A DNA stretch of 63,789 nt, the filler included, from Trichosphaerium sp. ATCC 40318 (lineage: Eukaryota > Protista > Tubulinea), in assembly GCA_038496445.1 (NCBI GenBank). It is 3 parts of 3 records of this genome, joined end to end, with 100 filler letters (N's around TTAATTAATTAA, not from the genome) between each part and the next. Parts side by side here need not be neighbours in the genome. Positions count along the whole stretch, not along the records: positions 1 to 30,083 come from JALMLS010000625.1; 2 more parts are not named here. One strand, written 5' to 3'. Below are positions 1-11,268 of this stretch, piece after piece. The translations under genes were made by a program, and so were the position numbers. The notes below the pieces were generated by a model. That model saw nothing but the letters and a program-made list of their open reading frames with translations. It had not been told where the DNA came from and did no database searches. Every line of letters starts with the position of its first letter. Position 1 is the stretch's first letter.

Positions 1-527
1 ATGAATTTCACGTGTACAAATATGTGAATAATATATTCGTACTTGTTAATCTTAGTTTTCCTTTAACAATATTTGACAAAATGTATTATAAGTCACGTAC
101 AAAGCCGACCGTGATATGGGTTGGGGACTATCTTTTTATTAGCATAGGCGGTGAATATTGGCACTATCGCCCTACAGATTTATTTTTCCAAGGTAGTGCG
201 AATATTTATAGAATACGCGTTTGAATACTAGCTATGGAATCTCGGTCAAAACGCAACACAGAGCAAAAAACAAGTGCTGTACTAGTCGCCACAGAATAAA
301 CATAGTTCATCCTCAGCTGCGTAATACTTGATGCTTTGTAGCGTAGCTCTAATTATCTGTACTGAATACTTGCATAGCACCACAGTGATTAGAATAGTGG
401 TTGTAAAGCTCAAGTATGAAATTCGGTACAACTTTTCTTCCGAAAAAGCAGAACGAATGTTCGAACAGTAGTCGTCAATCTTCTACAAAGAAAAACGGTT
501 TATACGCAAAAAAAAGAAGCCTTTATT

Positions 528-1896
528 ATGACAGGGGACGCTGAAGACGCTACAAAAACGTTGGTTATCAATGTGATTGTAATCGTAATGAGGTAGGCCT
601 TGTTTTTTATAATGTAACACAAACCATGTGTGAAACACTCTCTTAACGCTGTAAAACATAAGTATATTGTCAATGATCGGTTCTGGCCTCATTATTTTGA
701 GTTGGTCTTTCAAAAGGTGTAGATCACCTTCAAGACTTCTAGTCGTCATTCTCAGGTTCGAAACGCCATTACGACGTACTTGATTATTGTTTACTTATGG
801 AAATTACAGTATTACCGATTTTTCATCCGCTGTTTGCTATTTGGCTTCAGGCACGTGATAAAAATGAACCGAAATTTGGCTAACGTTTTTTTTTTGCGAC
901 AGTTTTCTTTTCGAAAAAGGATGGATTTTGTGGATATTGGGCTGGTATTAATATTTTCTTTACTTCATCGAGTTTTTTCTGGACAAGTTGCATTGCAATA
1001 CATTTATATATATGTACAAAAACGATGGCTATTAATACATCATACTTCAAATACTACCACATAGTGGCATGGGTACAACAAAGTTGTTTTCCACTTGGCC
1101 TTTTTTTTCAGTTTTTTTTTTTATCACGTGGGTTGTTGACGCTGATGTTTTTTTAAAAAAAGGGTTATCCTCTATTCTCTCTAATACTAGTTGAAATAAC
1201 AAAAGTTGGTGGAAGAATACCTCACAGCGTCTGGTGCTTTATTCCTTCTCCTACACCTGATTGGCAAACATACAGAATAGTTACTGTTTACGTATGTCCA
1301 AACACCAGTTGTATTTTGCTTACTCTGTAACTAGACACCACTAACATTGGCTTGGATATTATCTCTCATATTTTATTTGCTGACGAGGGCACAGCTACGC
1401 ATCATGATAAAGAAACAAAAGAGGGTACTCAACAGTGTTGTATCTAACCTTAATGTTTGTTTATAGCTAAGTATATCTCTAAAGAAATTTAATATAGTAG
1501 GAAAACTAACGTTTATACCACTTGTATTTATACTGCTACGTATATGGGGGATGGCTCATAGTGTGCTTGAGATGAACTACCTTCGGACAACCCCAGTATT
1601 TCCTTTTTACAAGTTCTATTGGCTTGAAATTTTGCACTCTATTGGAGACCCAGCACAAGTACGTGTTTTTTAAAGTAGATGTTCTCTTACCTTTTGAATC
1701 TTTTTATTCCACTTTTGTTTGTTAAACTATTTAGGGCTTTGCAAACGGCATCTTCTATGTTCTGTTCTCAAAGAAAGTAAGAGAAGAATACATGTCATGT
1801 TTTTGTTGTTGCTCAAGCACGATGGCTTCGTCTACATCTGCTCCTCTACCTGTTTCTGTTAATAATAGCTCTCAATACTTGACAATAACTCAGTAG
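528..1896 (+). CDS. 7TM cAMP-receptor-like / GPR157-like GPCR, multi-exon (duplicated copy)
   Basis: Manual splicing gives MTGDAEDATKTLVINVIVIVMS-ILSMIGSGLIILSW..LSITDFSS..DGFCGYWAGINIFFTSSSFFWTSCIA..YHIVAWGYP..WCFI..KLTFIPLVFILLRIWG..IGDPAQGFANGIFYVLFSKKVR. These motifs are typical of the Dictyostelium CAR / GPR157 family. Confidence 0.8.
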
Positions 1897-3133
1897 AATA
1901 ACCTCATTGATTTAAATAAACCTTTTGTTATGATAGCCTGCTAGTTTAATTTACAAGACAGCAAATTCAATGACTACTCCGATACGTATGTGATTATTTT
2001 CAACGTGTTCATACACTTACTATTCTTTGTTGTAAGATAAACTGTTGAAGGCCGGTATTTGACTGGATTCCTCCGACCAAAGGCCGTTTCGCCATCAAGC
2101 GGTTTAGCACATATTTACTTTTTGTACCCTGTTCATGCAATTGTAGAAACCCAGTAAGATATTGGCATATCTAGAGAACAAATTTACATACCTTTCTTGT
2201 GTCAGTTTAATTTCGCTTGCTTTTTTTTTCAGAGAATGCGTAAATTCTCGCCAGCTTTAGTTGTAAACTACAGACAAAGTACCAGAATGAGTGCGCACGT
2301 ATATTTTACACCGTTCAGACTGAAGGTTAGGGAGTTTTGACATGTTTCAAAGAATGCATTGTAGGTTGCCATGTGGGGAGCTAGTCCAAATATACAAATG
2401 TATTCAAGCTCCCATACGCATTTTACGTCAATATAGAGCATTGAGGGCACATGTAATGCCCTGTGTTTCTAGTTAATTCCAATGCCATGTTTCATAAGAG
2501 GCTATCAGACTTTCTATTGTCCCGTAGCTCAGACAATTGTAAAGATAGCCTATAGAATCATGTGATGAACGGACTAGAAAAAAAAACTTAAACAAGTGAG
2601 CTAATAAACAAAAACCTTACTATGCATATATGTAATAGTAATGTAGTTAGCTTTTACAAACATGACAGATGAAAGTTTGCGAGCATTAACAGGTGTACAC
2701 ACTATTTGTTTATCATTTTGCACTTCAATAACACCAAAGGGCATCAAGTTATTGTCTGGGGTACATGAGATTACTCTAAAGAGATAGCGTTGCAATATTG
2801 CTATGGAGATCCAAAACCCAAAAAATGTGATTTGCAAACAGTTTTCTGTGCTTTTTAGTGTAAACACTCTCACGACTACACGGTGGTGTACAGGTTTGCA
2901 AACGTCTATGTAGTCGATATTAACCAATTACCACTTGACATTTAGGGTTTGCACTACATGTCGTGAGATTTGGGAGCATTTGACCAATTGTTATTTCTAT
3001 GAAATGAGACGTTTTTGGCTTTTGTAAAGTTTTCTACTACAGTATTGTAACATTTTTACAGAAAACAGCTTATTTTAGTCAAACGTAGCTCTAATCAAAA
3101 ACTAAACTTCACTTTTCACCAATACAACAACTA

Positions 3134-3379
3134 ATGAGAGTGTGTGATAGCTGCGGGACCAGTGTATCAGAAAAAGAGTTAAAGAAACAAATAGAAGCAG
3201 AAATCTGGCAGTTAACTTCTCGTGATGAACAACTAGTAATACGTTATAGCATTAACTGTACAAATGAAAACTGCACGGGAACCTACCAAGTGGGTTTAAG
3301 CATAACATGGGTCGGTGCAGACATAGATAGACATTACGTTCCCGGCCATTATGTTGTAGATGACTATTGTATCTCTTGA
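3134..3379 (+). CDS. Small Zn-ribbon-like protein (CxxC...CxxxxC), possibly the first exon of the PLD gene
   Basis: MRVCDSCG...INCTNENCTG; ATG in an A-rich context. Confidence 0.5.
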   Translation: MRVCDSCGTSVSEKELKKQIEAEIWQLTSRDEQLVIRYSINCTNENCTGTYQVGLSITWVGADIDRHYVPGHYVVDDYCIS

Positions 3380-4291
3380 AAAAGGTAACAATTTTACTTT
3401 TTCTACAACTAAACTATCTAAACAGTAACTGAATGTGAAGAGAACATATATTGGGAAGAATGGGGCTTCCTACGAGAAAGCATGCAAGAACAGCAAGAAT
3501 GGGAAGAATTAGAATGCTGGCACGAAGAACAAGAACAGTTGGCCAAGGAACGCTTGGTTGAAGACGAATACTTGCCTTGTGATGAATGCTTGGCCCAAAC
3601 ACAAGAACGCGTGGCCGAAGAACGTAAACACTTGGCTCAAAAAACAGAATACTTGGCCGAAGAACGTAAACACTTGGCTCAAAAAGAAGAACGCTTGGCT
3701 GAAGAATATGAACGCTTGGCCAAAGAAGAATGCTGGGTCAAAGAACACTTGGCCGAAGAATACCAGGACAAGGCTGAAGAACACTCAGAAGAAGACCTTT
3801 GTGAAAACTTGAAGTTGCTATCTCTAAATGATGCCCCAACCAAGCCTATTCGTTTTATTTCGACCCGCCCTGGACTAAAGAGCAAACCCAAAGATGCGAT
3901 AATAACCTTATGCAAAGCCGCTAAAAAGAGTATTCACTTAATGATGTATTCTATCACTGATTTAGAAATTGTAAACGCTCTTGTTTCAAACAGACAGCTT
4001 GAGGTAAAGGTAATACTGGATAAGAAAATGTACAAAAAATATTCTGTGGCAAAAGATCTTTCCAATACAGGTGCCACTGTACGCCTTATTTCAGGACAAG
4101 GGAAATATGGTAGCATGCATGATAAACTGTTACTTGTGGATGAGCTGCATATAATATGTGGATCTTACAACTACTCCCGTGCTGCTGCGCAATGTAACTG
4201 GGAGAGTGTATTAGCGATTGACGATAAGAATCTTGCTAAGGATGTAAAAAAACATTTTGATAAAATGTGGCGGTCTTCTTACCCGTTATAA
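3360..4291 (+). CDS. Zucchini/PLD6 (Nuc-type, single HKD) phospholipase D-family nuclease with acidic heptad-repeat N-terminus (duplicated copy)
   Basis: HDKLLLVD (HxKxxxxD) followed by GSYNYS and NWES; AKKSIHLMMYSITD. An intron at 3385-3425 extends the frame upstream of 3482 to the ATG at 3360. Confidence 0.85.
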
Positions 4292-5741
4292 CCATCATGT
4301 TAATAAATTTGAGTGATTTTTATGTATTTTGTACTTTTGGTAAACCACCTCTAGTCATATTCAGTTTGAATTAGAATTGTTTAGAGCATGTGGACATTCA
4401 CACAAAATCAGTACAACGTGCTTGCATAGGCATTAGATTACTCCGTCTGTTTGTACGCAGCTACCTATTTGCAGGAGCCAGTTTCTGCCATTTTTTTGTA
4501 CCAACATTTCGTCCAAGGACTAGTTGTAGTACAATTAAAAAACTTGTAGAATACTTAGGTCCATGATCAACCTAATGACATCTAGTGATTATGCTTGTTA
4601 AAATTTTCACGTGCTACATGTCGGTTCACTTTGCTAAACAATGAATCTAGCACTACACCTCTCACCGCCGTATATTCACTTTTTTTTTTTTTCAAATAGA
4701 AAGAGTACTTGGTACAAAAGTTATGTCTCCAGTTGTAGATTATGCCTCCGTGGTGAAATCTAGTACATAGGAAGTTGTATAAATGTATTTTGAAGATTCA
4801 GTCACAAGTACTAAGCTCCTTTTAATTAGCACGTGTAATCAACGTCTTTGCTACAGGGCATAAACGTCATATGCCAAGTAGTGTACGCTAGTAGGTTCAG
4901 AGAGTTTGTCGTTTACTGTTTGATTGTTTCCTCGGACACAAATGGGTAATATTGAAACCAGAGAGAGTATACTCATGTACTGTAGGTTTGTGTATTTCGT
5001 GTTTTGTTACTACCATTTGTCAGTGTATGAATTATCTATGTGGCTTTGCTTTATTTCAATTGAAATCGTTCCTATCTTTCTTTTCTGATGGATGTCCTCT
5101 AATCAGCACATCAAATAAAGTTGCATAGATGATGTGAGCCTAAAGTTTGAGTTCACCATCATTAAGCTCTTCTGTGGAGAATCTTGAGAGCTCATTAAAG
5201 CACTCTAGGGTTTTTTACTTGATAAGCGAATACAAGGAGAGCTTCGAGGTGATAAATAGCGTACGTGAGTATTGAATGTCGAACGGCGTTTGTATTTCTC
5301 GCTAAGCATTAAATTTCGTAAACTCTTGACGTCAAGCTATAGTAATCATCATAGTTCATATACGACGGTGAGAGGTGTAGTGCTAGATTCATTGTTTAGC
5401 AAAGTGAACCGACATGTAGCACGTGAAAATTTTAACAAGCATAATCACTAGATGTCATTAGGTTGATCATGGACCTAAGTATTCTACAAGTTTTTTAATT
5501 GTACTACAACTAGTCCTTGGACGAAATGTTGGTACAAAAAAATGGCAGAAACTGGCTCCTGCAAATAGGTAGCTGCGTACAAACAGACGGAGTAATCTAA
5601 TGCCTATGCAAGCACGTTGTACTGATTTTGTGTGAATGTCCACATGCTCTAAACAATTCTAATTCAAACTGAATATGACTAGAGGTGGTTTACCAAAAGT
5701 ACAAAATACATAAAAATCACTCAAATTTATTAACATGATGG

Positions 5742-6673
5742 TTATAACGGGTAAGAAGACCGCCACATTTTATCAAAATGTTTTTTTACATCCTTAGCAA
5801 GATTCTTATCGTCAATCGCTAATACACTCTCCCAGTTACATTGCGCAGCAGCACGGGAGTAGTTGTAAGATCCACATATTATATGCAGCTCATCCACAAG
5901 TAACAGTTTATCATGCATGCTACCATATTTCCCTTGTCCTGAAATAAGGCGTACAGTGGCACCTGTATTGGAAAGATCTTTTGCCACAGAATATTTTTTG
6001 TACATTTTCTTATCCAGTATTACCTTTACCTCAAGCTGTCTGTTTGAAACAAGAGCGTTTACAATTTCTAAATCAGTGATAGAATACATCATTAAGTGAA
6101 TACTCTTTTTAGCGGCTTTGCATAAGGTTATTATCGCATCTTTGGGTTTGCTCTTTAGTCCAGGGCGGGTCGAAATAAAACGAATAGGCTTGGTTGGGGC
6201 ATCATTTAGAGATAGCAACTTCAAGTTTTCACAAAGGTCTTCTTCTGAGTGTTCTTCAGCCTTGTCCTGGTATTCTTCGGCCAAGTGTTCTTTGACCCAG
6301 CATTCTTCTTTGGCCAAGCGTTCATATTCTTCAGCCAAGCGTTCTTCTTTTTGAGCCAAGTGTTTACGTTCTTCGGCCAAGTATTCTGTTTTTTGAGCCA
6401 AGTGTTTACGTTCTTCGGCCACGCGTTCTTGTGTTTGGGCCAAGCATTCATCACAAGGCAAGTATTCGTCTTCAACCAAGCGTTCCTTGGCCAACTGTTC
6501 TTGTTCTTCGTGCCAGCATTCTAATTCTTCCCATTCTTGCTGTTCTTGCATGCTTTCTCGTAGGAAGCCCCATTCTTCCCAATATATGTTCTCTTCACAT
6601 TCAGTTACTGTTTAGATAGTTTAGTTGTAGAAAAAGTAAAATTGTTACCTTTTTCAAGAGATACAATAGTCAT
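5742..6673 (-). CDS. Zucchini/PLD6-type PLD-family nuclease
   Basis: Mirror of 3360..4291. Confidence 0.85.
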
Positions 6674-6899
6674 CTACAACATAATGGCCGGGAACGTAAT
6701 GTCTATCTATGTCTGCACCGACCCATGTTATGCTTAAACCCACTTGGTAGGTTCCCGTGCAGTTTTCATTTGTACAGTTAATGCTATAACGTATTACTAG
6801 TTGTTCATCACGAGAAGTTAACTGCCAGATTTCTGCTTCTATTTGTTTCTTTAACTCTTTTTCTGATACACTGGTCCCGCAGCTATCACACACTCTCAT
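6654..6899 (-). CDS. Small Zn-ribbon-like protein
   Basis: Mirror of 3134..3379. Confidence 0.5.
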   Translation of the reverse strand: MRVCDSCGTSVSEKELKKQIEAEIWQLTSRDEQLVIRYSINCTNENCTGTYQVGLSITWVGADIDRHYVPGHYVVDDYCIS

Positions 6900-7104
6900 T
6901 AGTTGTTGTATTGGTGAAAAGTGAAGTTTAGTTTTTGATTAGAGCTACGTTTGACTAAAATAAGCTGTTTTCTGTAAAAATGTTACAATACTGTAGTAGA
7001 AAACTTTACAAAAGCCAAAACGTCTCATTTCATAGAAATAACAATTGGTCAAATGCTCCCAAATCTCACGACATGTAGTGCAAACCCTAAATGTCAAGTG
7101 GTAA

Positions 7105-7764
7105 TTGGTTAATATCGACTACATAGACGTTTGCAAACCTGTACACCACCGTGTAGTCGTGAGAGTGTTTACACTAAAAAGCACAGAAAACTGTTTGCAA
7201 ATCACATTTTTTGGGTTTTGGATCTCCATAGCAATATTGCAACGCTATCTCTTTAGAGTAATCTCATGTACCCCAGACAATAACTTGATGCCCTTTGGTG
7301 TTATTGAAGTGCAAAATGATAAACAAATAGTGTGTACACCTGTTAATGCTCGCAAACTTTCATCTGTCATGTTTGTAAAAGCTAACTACATTACTATTAC
7401 ATATATGCATAGTAAGGTTTTTGTTTATTAGCTCACTTGTTTAAGTTTTTTTTTCTAGTCCGTTCATCACATGATTCTATAGGCTATCTTTACAATTGTC
7501 TGAGCTACGGGACAATAGAAAGTCTGATAGCCTCTTATGAAACATGGCATTGGAATTAACTAGAAACACAGGGCATTACATGTGCCCTCAATGCTCTATA
7601 TTGACGTAAAATGCGTATGGGAGCTTGAATACATTTGTATATTTGGACTAGCTCCCCACATGGCAACCTACAATGCATTCTTTGAAACATGTCAAAACTC
7701 CCTAACCTTCAGTCTGAACGGTGTAAAATATACGTGCGCACTCATTCTGGTACTTTGTCTGTAG
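7105..7764 (+). CDS. Possible hypothetical multi-exon gene (mirror at 2268-2927 -)
   Basis: Two consecutive ORFs (108 and 60 aa) with intron-like T-rich sequence between them; no recognisable motif. Confidence 0.25.
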
Positions 7765-8135
7765 TTTACAACTAAAGCTGGCGAGAATTTACGCATTCTC
7801 TGAAAAAAAAAGCAAGCGAAATTAAACTGACACAAGAAAGGTATGTAAATTTGTTCTCTAGATATGCCAATATCTTACTGGGTTTCTACAATTGCATGAA
7901 CAGGGTACAAAAAGTAAATATGTGCTAAACCGCTTGATGGCGAAACGGCCTTTGGTCGGAGGAATCCAGTCAAATACCGGCCTTCAACAGTTTATCTTAC
8001 AACAAAGAATAGTAAGTGTATGAACACGTTGAAAATAATCACATACGTATCGGAGTAGTCATTGAATTTGCTGTCTTGTAAATTAAACTAGCAGGCTATC
8101 ATAACAAAAGGTTTATTTAAATCAATGAGGTTATT

Positions 8136-9504
8136 CTACTGAGTTATTGTCAAGTATTGAGAGCTATTATTAACAGAAACAGGTAGAGGAGCAGATGTAG
8201 ACGAAGCCATCGTGCTTGAGCAACAACAAAAACATGACATGTATTCTTCTCTTACTTTCTTTGAGAACAGAACATAGAAGATGCCGTTTGCAAAGCCCTA
8301 AATAGTTTAACAAACAAAAGTGGAATAAAAAGATTCAAAAGGTAAGAGAACATCTACTTTAAAAAACACGTACTTGTGCTGGGTCTCCAATAGAGTGCAA
8401 AATTTCAAGCCAATAGAACTTGTAAAAAGGAAATACTGGGGTTGTCCGAAGGTAGTTCATCTCAAGCACACTATGAGCCATCCCCCATATACGTAGCAGT
8501 ATAAATACAAGTGGTATAAACGTTAGTTTTCCTACTATATTAAATTTCTTTAGAGATATACTTAGCTATAAACAAACATTAAGGTTAGATACAACACTGT
8601 TGAGTACCCTCTTTTGTTTCTTTATCATGATGCGTAGCTGTGCCCTCGTCAGCAAATAAAATATGAGAGATAATATCCAAGCCAATGTTAGTGGTGTCTA
8701 GTTACAGAGTAAGCAAAATACAACTGGTGTTTGGACATACGTAAACAGTAACTATTCTGTATGTTTGCCAATCAGGTGTAGGAGAAGGAATAAAGCACCA
8801 GACGCTGTGAGGTATTCTTCCACCAACTTTTGTTATTTCAACTAGTATTAGAGAGAATAGAGGATAACCCTTTTTTATAAAAAACATCAGCGTCAACAAC
8901 CCACGTGATAAAAAAAAAAACTGAAAAAAAAGGCCAAGTGGAAAACAACTTTGTTGTACCCATGCCACTATGTGGTAGTATTTGAAGTATGATGTATTAA
9001 TAGCCATCGTTTTTGTACATATATATAAATGTATTGCAATGCAACTTGTCCAGAAAAAACTCGATGAAGTAAAGAAAATATTAATACCAGCCCAATATCC
9101 ACAAAATCCATCCTTTTTCGAAAAGAAAACTGTCGCAAAAAAAAAACGTTAGCCAAATTTCGGTTCATTTTTATCACGTGCCTGAAGCCAAATAGCAAAC
9201 AGCGGATGAAAAATCGGTAATACTGTAATTTCCATAAGTAAACAATAATCAAGTACGTCGTAATGGCGTTTCGAACCTGAGAATGACGACTAGAAGTCTT
9301 GAAGGTGATCTACACCTTTTGAAAGACCAACTCAAAATAATGAGGCCAGAACCGATCATTGACAATATACTTATGTTTTACAGCGTTAAGAGAGTGTTTC
9401 ACACATGGTTTGTGTTACATTATAAAAAACAAGGCCTACCTCATTACGATTACAATCACATTGATAACCAACGTTTTTGTAGCGTCTTCAGCGTCCCCTG
9501 TCAT
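8136..9504 (-). CDS. 7TM cAMP-receptor-like / GPR157-like GPCR, multi-exon
   Basis: Mirror of 528..1896; includes ORF 8702..9007. Confidence 0.8.
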
Positions 9505-9807
9505 AATAAAGGCTTCTTTTTTTTGCGTATAAACCGTTTTTCTTTGTAGAAGATTGACGACTACTGTTCGAACATTCGTTCTGCTTTTTCGGAAGAAAAG
9601 TTGTACCGAATTTCATACTTGAGCTTTACAACCACTATTCTAATCACTGTGGTGCTATGCAAGTATTCAGTACAGATAATTAGAGCTACGCTACAAAGCA
9701 TCAAGTATTACGCAGCTGAGGATGAACTATGTTTATTCTGTGGCGACTAGTACAGCACTTGTTTTTTGCTCTGTGTTGCGTTTTGACCGAGATTCCATAG
9801 CTAGTAT

Positions 9808-11028
9808 TCAAACGCGTATTCTATAAATATTCGCACTACCTTGGAAAAATAAATCTGTAGGGCGATAGTGCCAATATTCACCGCCTATGCTAATAAAAAG
9901 ATAGTCCCCAACCCATATCACGGTCGGCTTTGTACGTGACTTATAATACATTTTGTCAAATATTGTTAAAGGAAAACTAAGATTAACAAGTACGAATATA
10001 TTATTCACATATTTGTACACGTGAAATTCATCATAGTCTAGAACTAAAACAAACATTGCATCACAGTTTTCATTATCGCTCTTTGCCATTGCTTGTATTG
10101 ATCCTCTATAAGTGAAACTGTAGTCTCTTATAACATTGATGTCTTCTTTCCCCATCTTAATAAAAGAACCGACACCTCTTCTAAACCCATAACTGCCATT
10201 GTAATACTTACAAGAGGTAATGACATAACACCCGATAGATATTGGTCCCTTATTTTCTGGAGGTGAATGCAAGCTTTCCATTGTATCAAAAGAGTATAAG
10301 TACGTTCTTACTATGTCAGATGTTGCTATCACATTTTCTTCAGAATCAAAAAAAAAAACGTTTGTAGAGAGGTAGTCTAAGTCACATAGTAAGCGTTTGA
10401 AATGATGAAAGAATGATACCATACCTGTTGTTCTACAGAATATACATTCTTTCCCTCTTGATTGTTTTACAAGACCAGGACAGTCACGAGGGTTAGTAAC
10501 AAATACAAAAGTATCTCTTTTTTTTGAATAAGCTATACCAACCAATCTATGCTTAATCACAGGAAAGTTGTCATCTATTGATAGTTCTCCAGTATTAATA
10601 TCCATTATATAGGGACCTTCATTATTAGTTACAATATAAACCTATGGCAAATAAGTAACAGAGTAATCACGTTTGTCACCAAAAAAGAAAGTTTCTGTCA
10701 CCTTGCCCAAAGGGCCTATGCACGCGTCAGTGATCACTCTTGTCACTATATTTTGTATAGACCATCTCCAATGAGTGTCGTAGTCACTATAAGCCCGAAT
10801 TGGACATTTCCTGATTATTACAACGTCATGCTTCTTACTAGCCTAAAAAAAATAGGTATTAACAAAAATACCGTTGTACCAAGTACAATGACTTGTTTTT
10901 ACCTTACCAAAAGGCGTTGGCTTTGATATTGCGAGAAAATGTTGGTTTACAGCGCGAAAAGTCTTGAATGCATCGTAGCATAATTGTAACGCGATAATAT
11001 TCAAAATTTCGTTGGGGAGCAGCTCCAT
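9808..11028 (-). CDS. F-box protein with beta-rich C-terminal region, multi-exon
   Basis: Exon 1 MELLPNEILNIIALQLCYDAFKTFRAVNQHF is a canonical F-box; the last exon is the 265-aa ORF 9808..10605. A 3' fragment is mirrored at 1-224. Confidence 0.65.
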
Positions 11029-11268
11029 GTGTATTTAGAGTACGTTTGTTGCATCCCTTAAAGAGTTTAAGTCAATTTCTATTAACACAAGTGGTAGCAA
11101 TAACTGAAGCGTTATCCTATTAATATGATCAATCTGAGTTACTGGAGTCTTAGATAAACACGTGCACATAGTCGAAAAGCATGAAAACAAGATACATATT
11201 TTTCTAACGGAAACAGGTGTCACTTTTTGACAGTGTTTTATTGTAAATATGGAACTCCAGAGGTGATG

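Larger units (their letters stand above)
1..4675. repeat. Left arm of inverted duplication 1 (reverse complement of 5358-10031)
   Basis: All ORFs are mirrored with coordinate sums of 10032-10033 (e.g. 3482..4291 + / 5742..6551 -). The inner junction has one mismatch (4668/5365) followed by 7 matching bases. Unique spacer 4676-5357. Confidence 0.97.
5358..10031. repeat. Right arm of inverted duplication 1 (the arm continuous with downstream unique DNA)
   Basis: Reverse complement of 1-4675. The ORF 9808..10605 continues past this arm's end, so this is the contiguous copy. Confidence 0.97.

Noticed and set aside
483-749. 88-aa ORF and its mirror 9283..9549; also 780..1064
   Set aside because: Antisense or off-frame to the GPCR exons, which explain the region.
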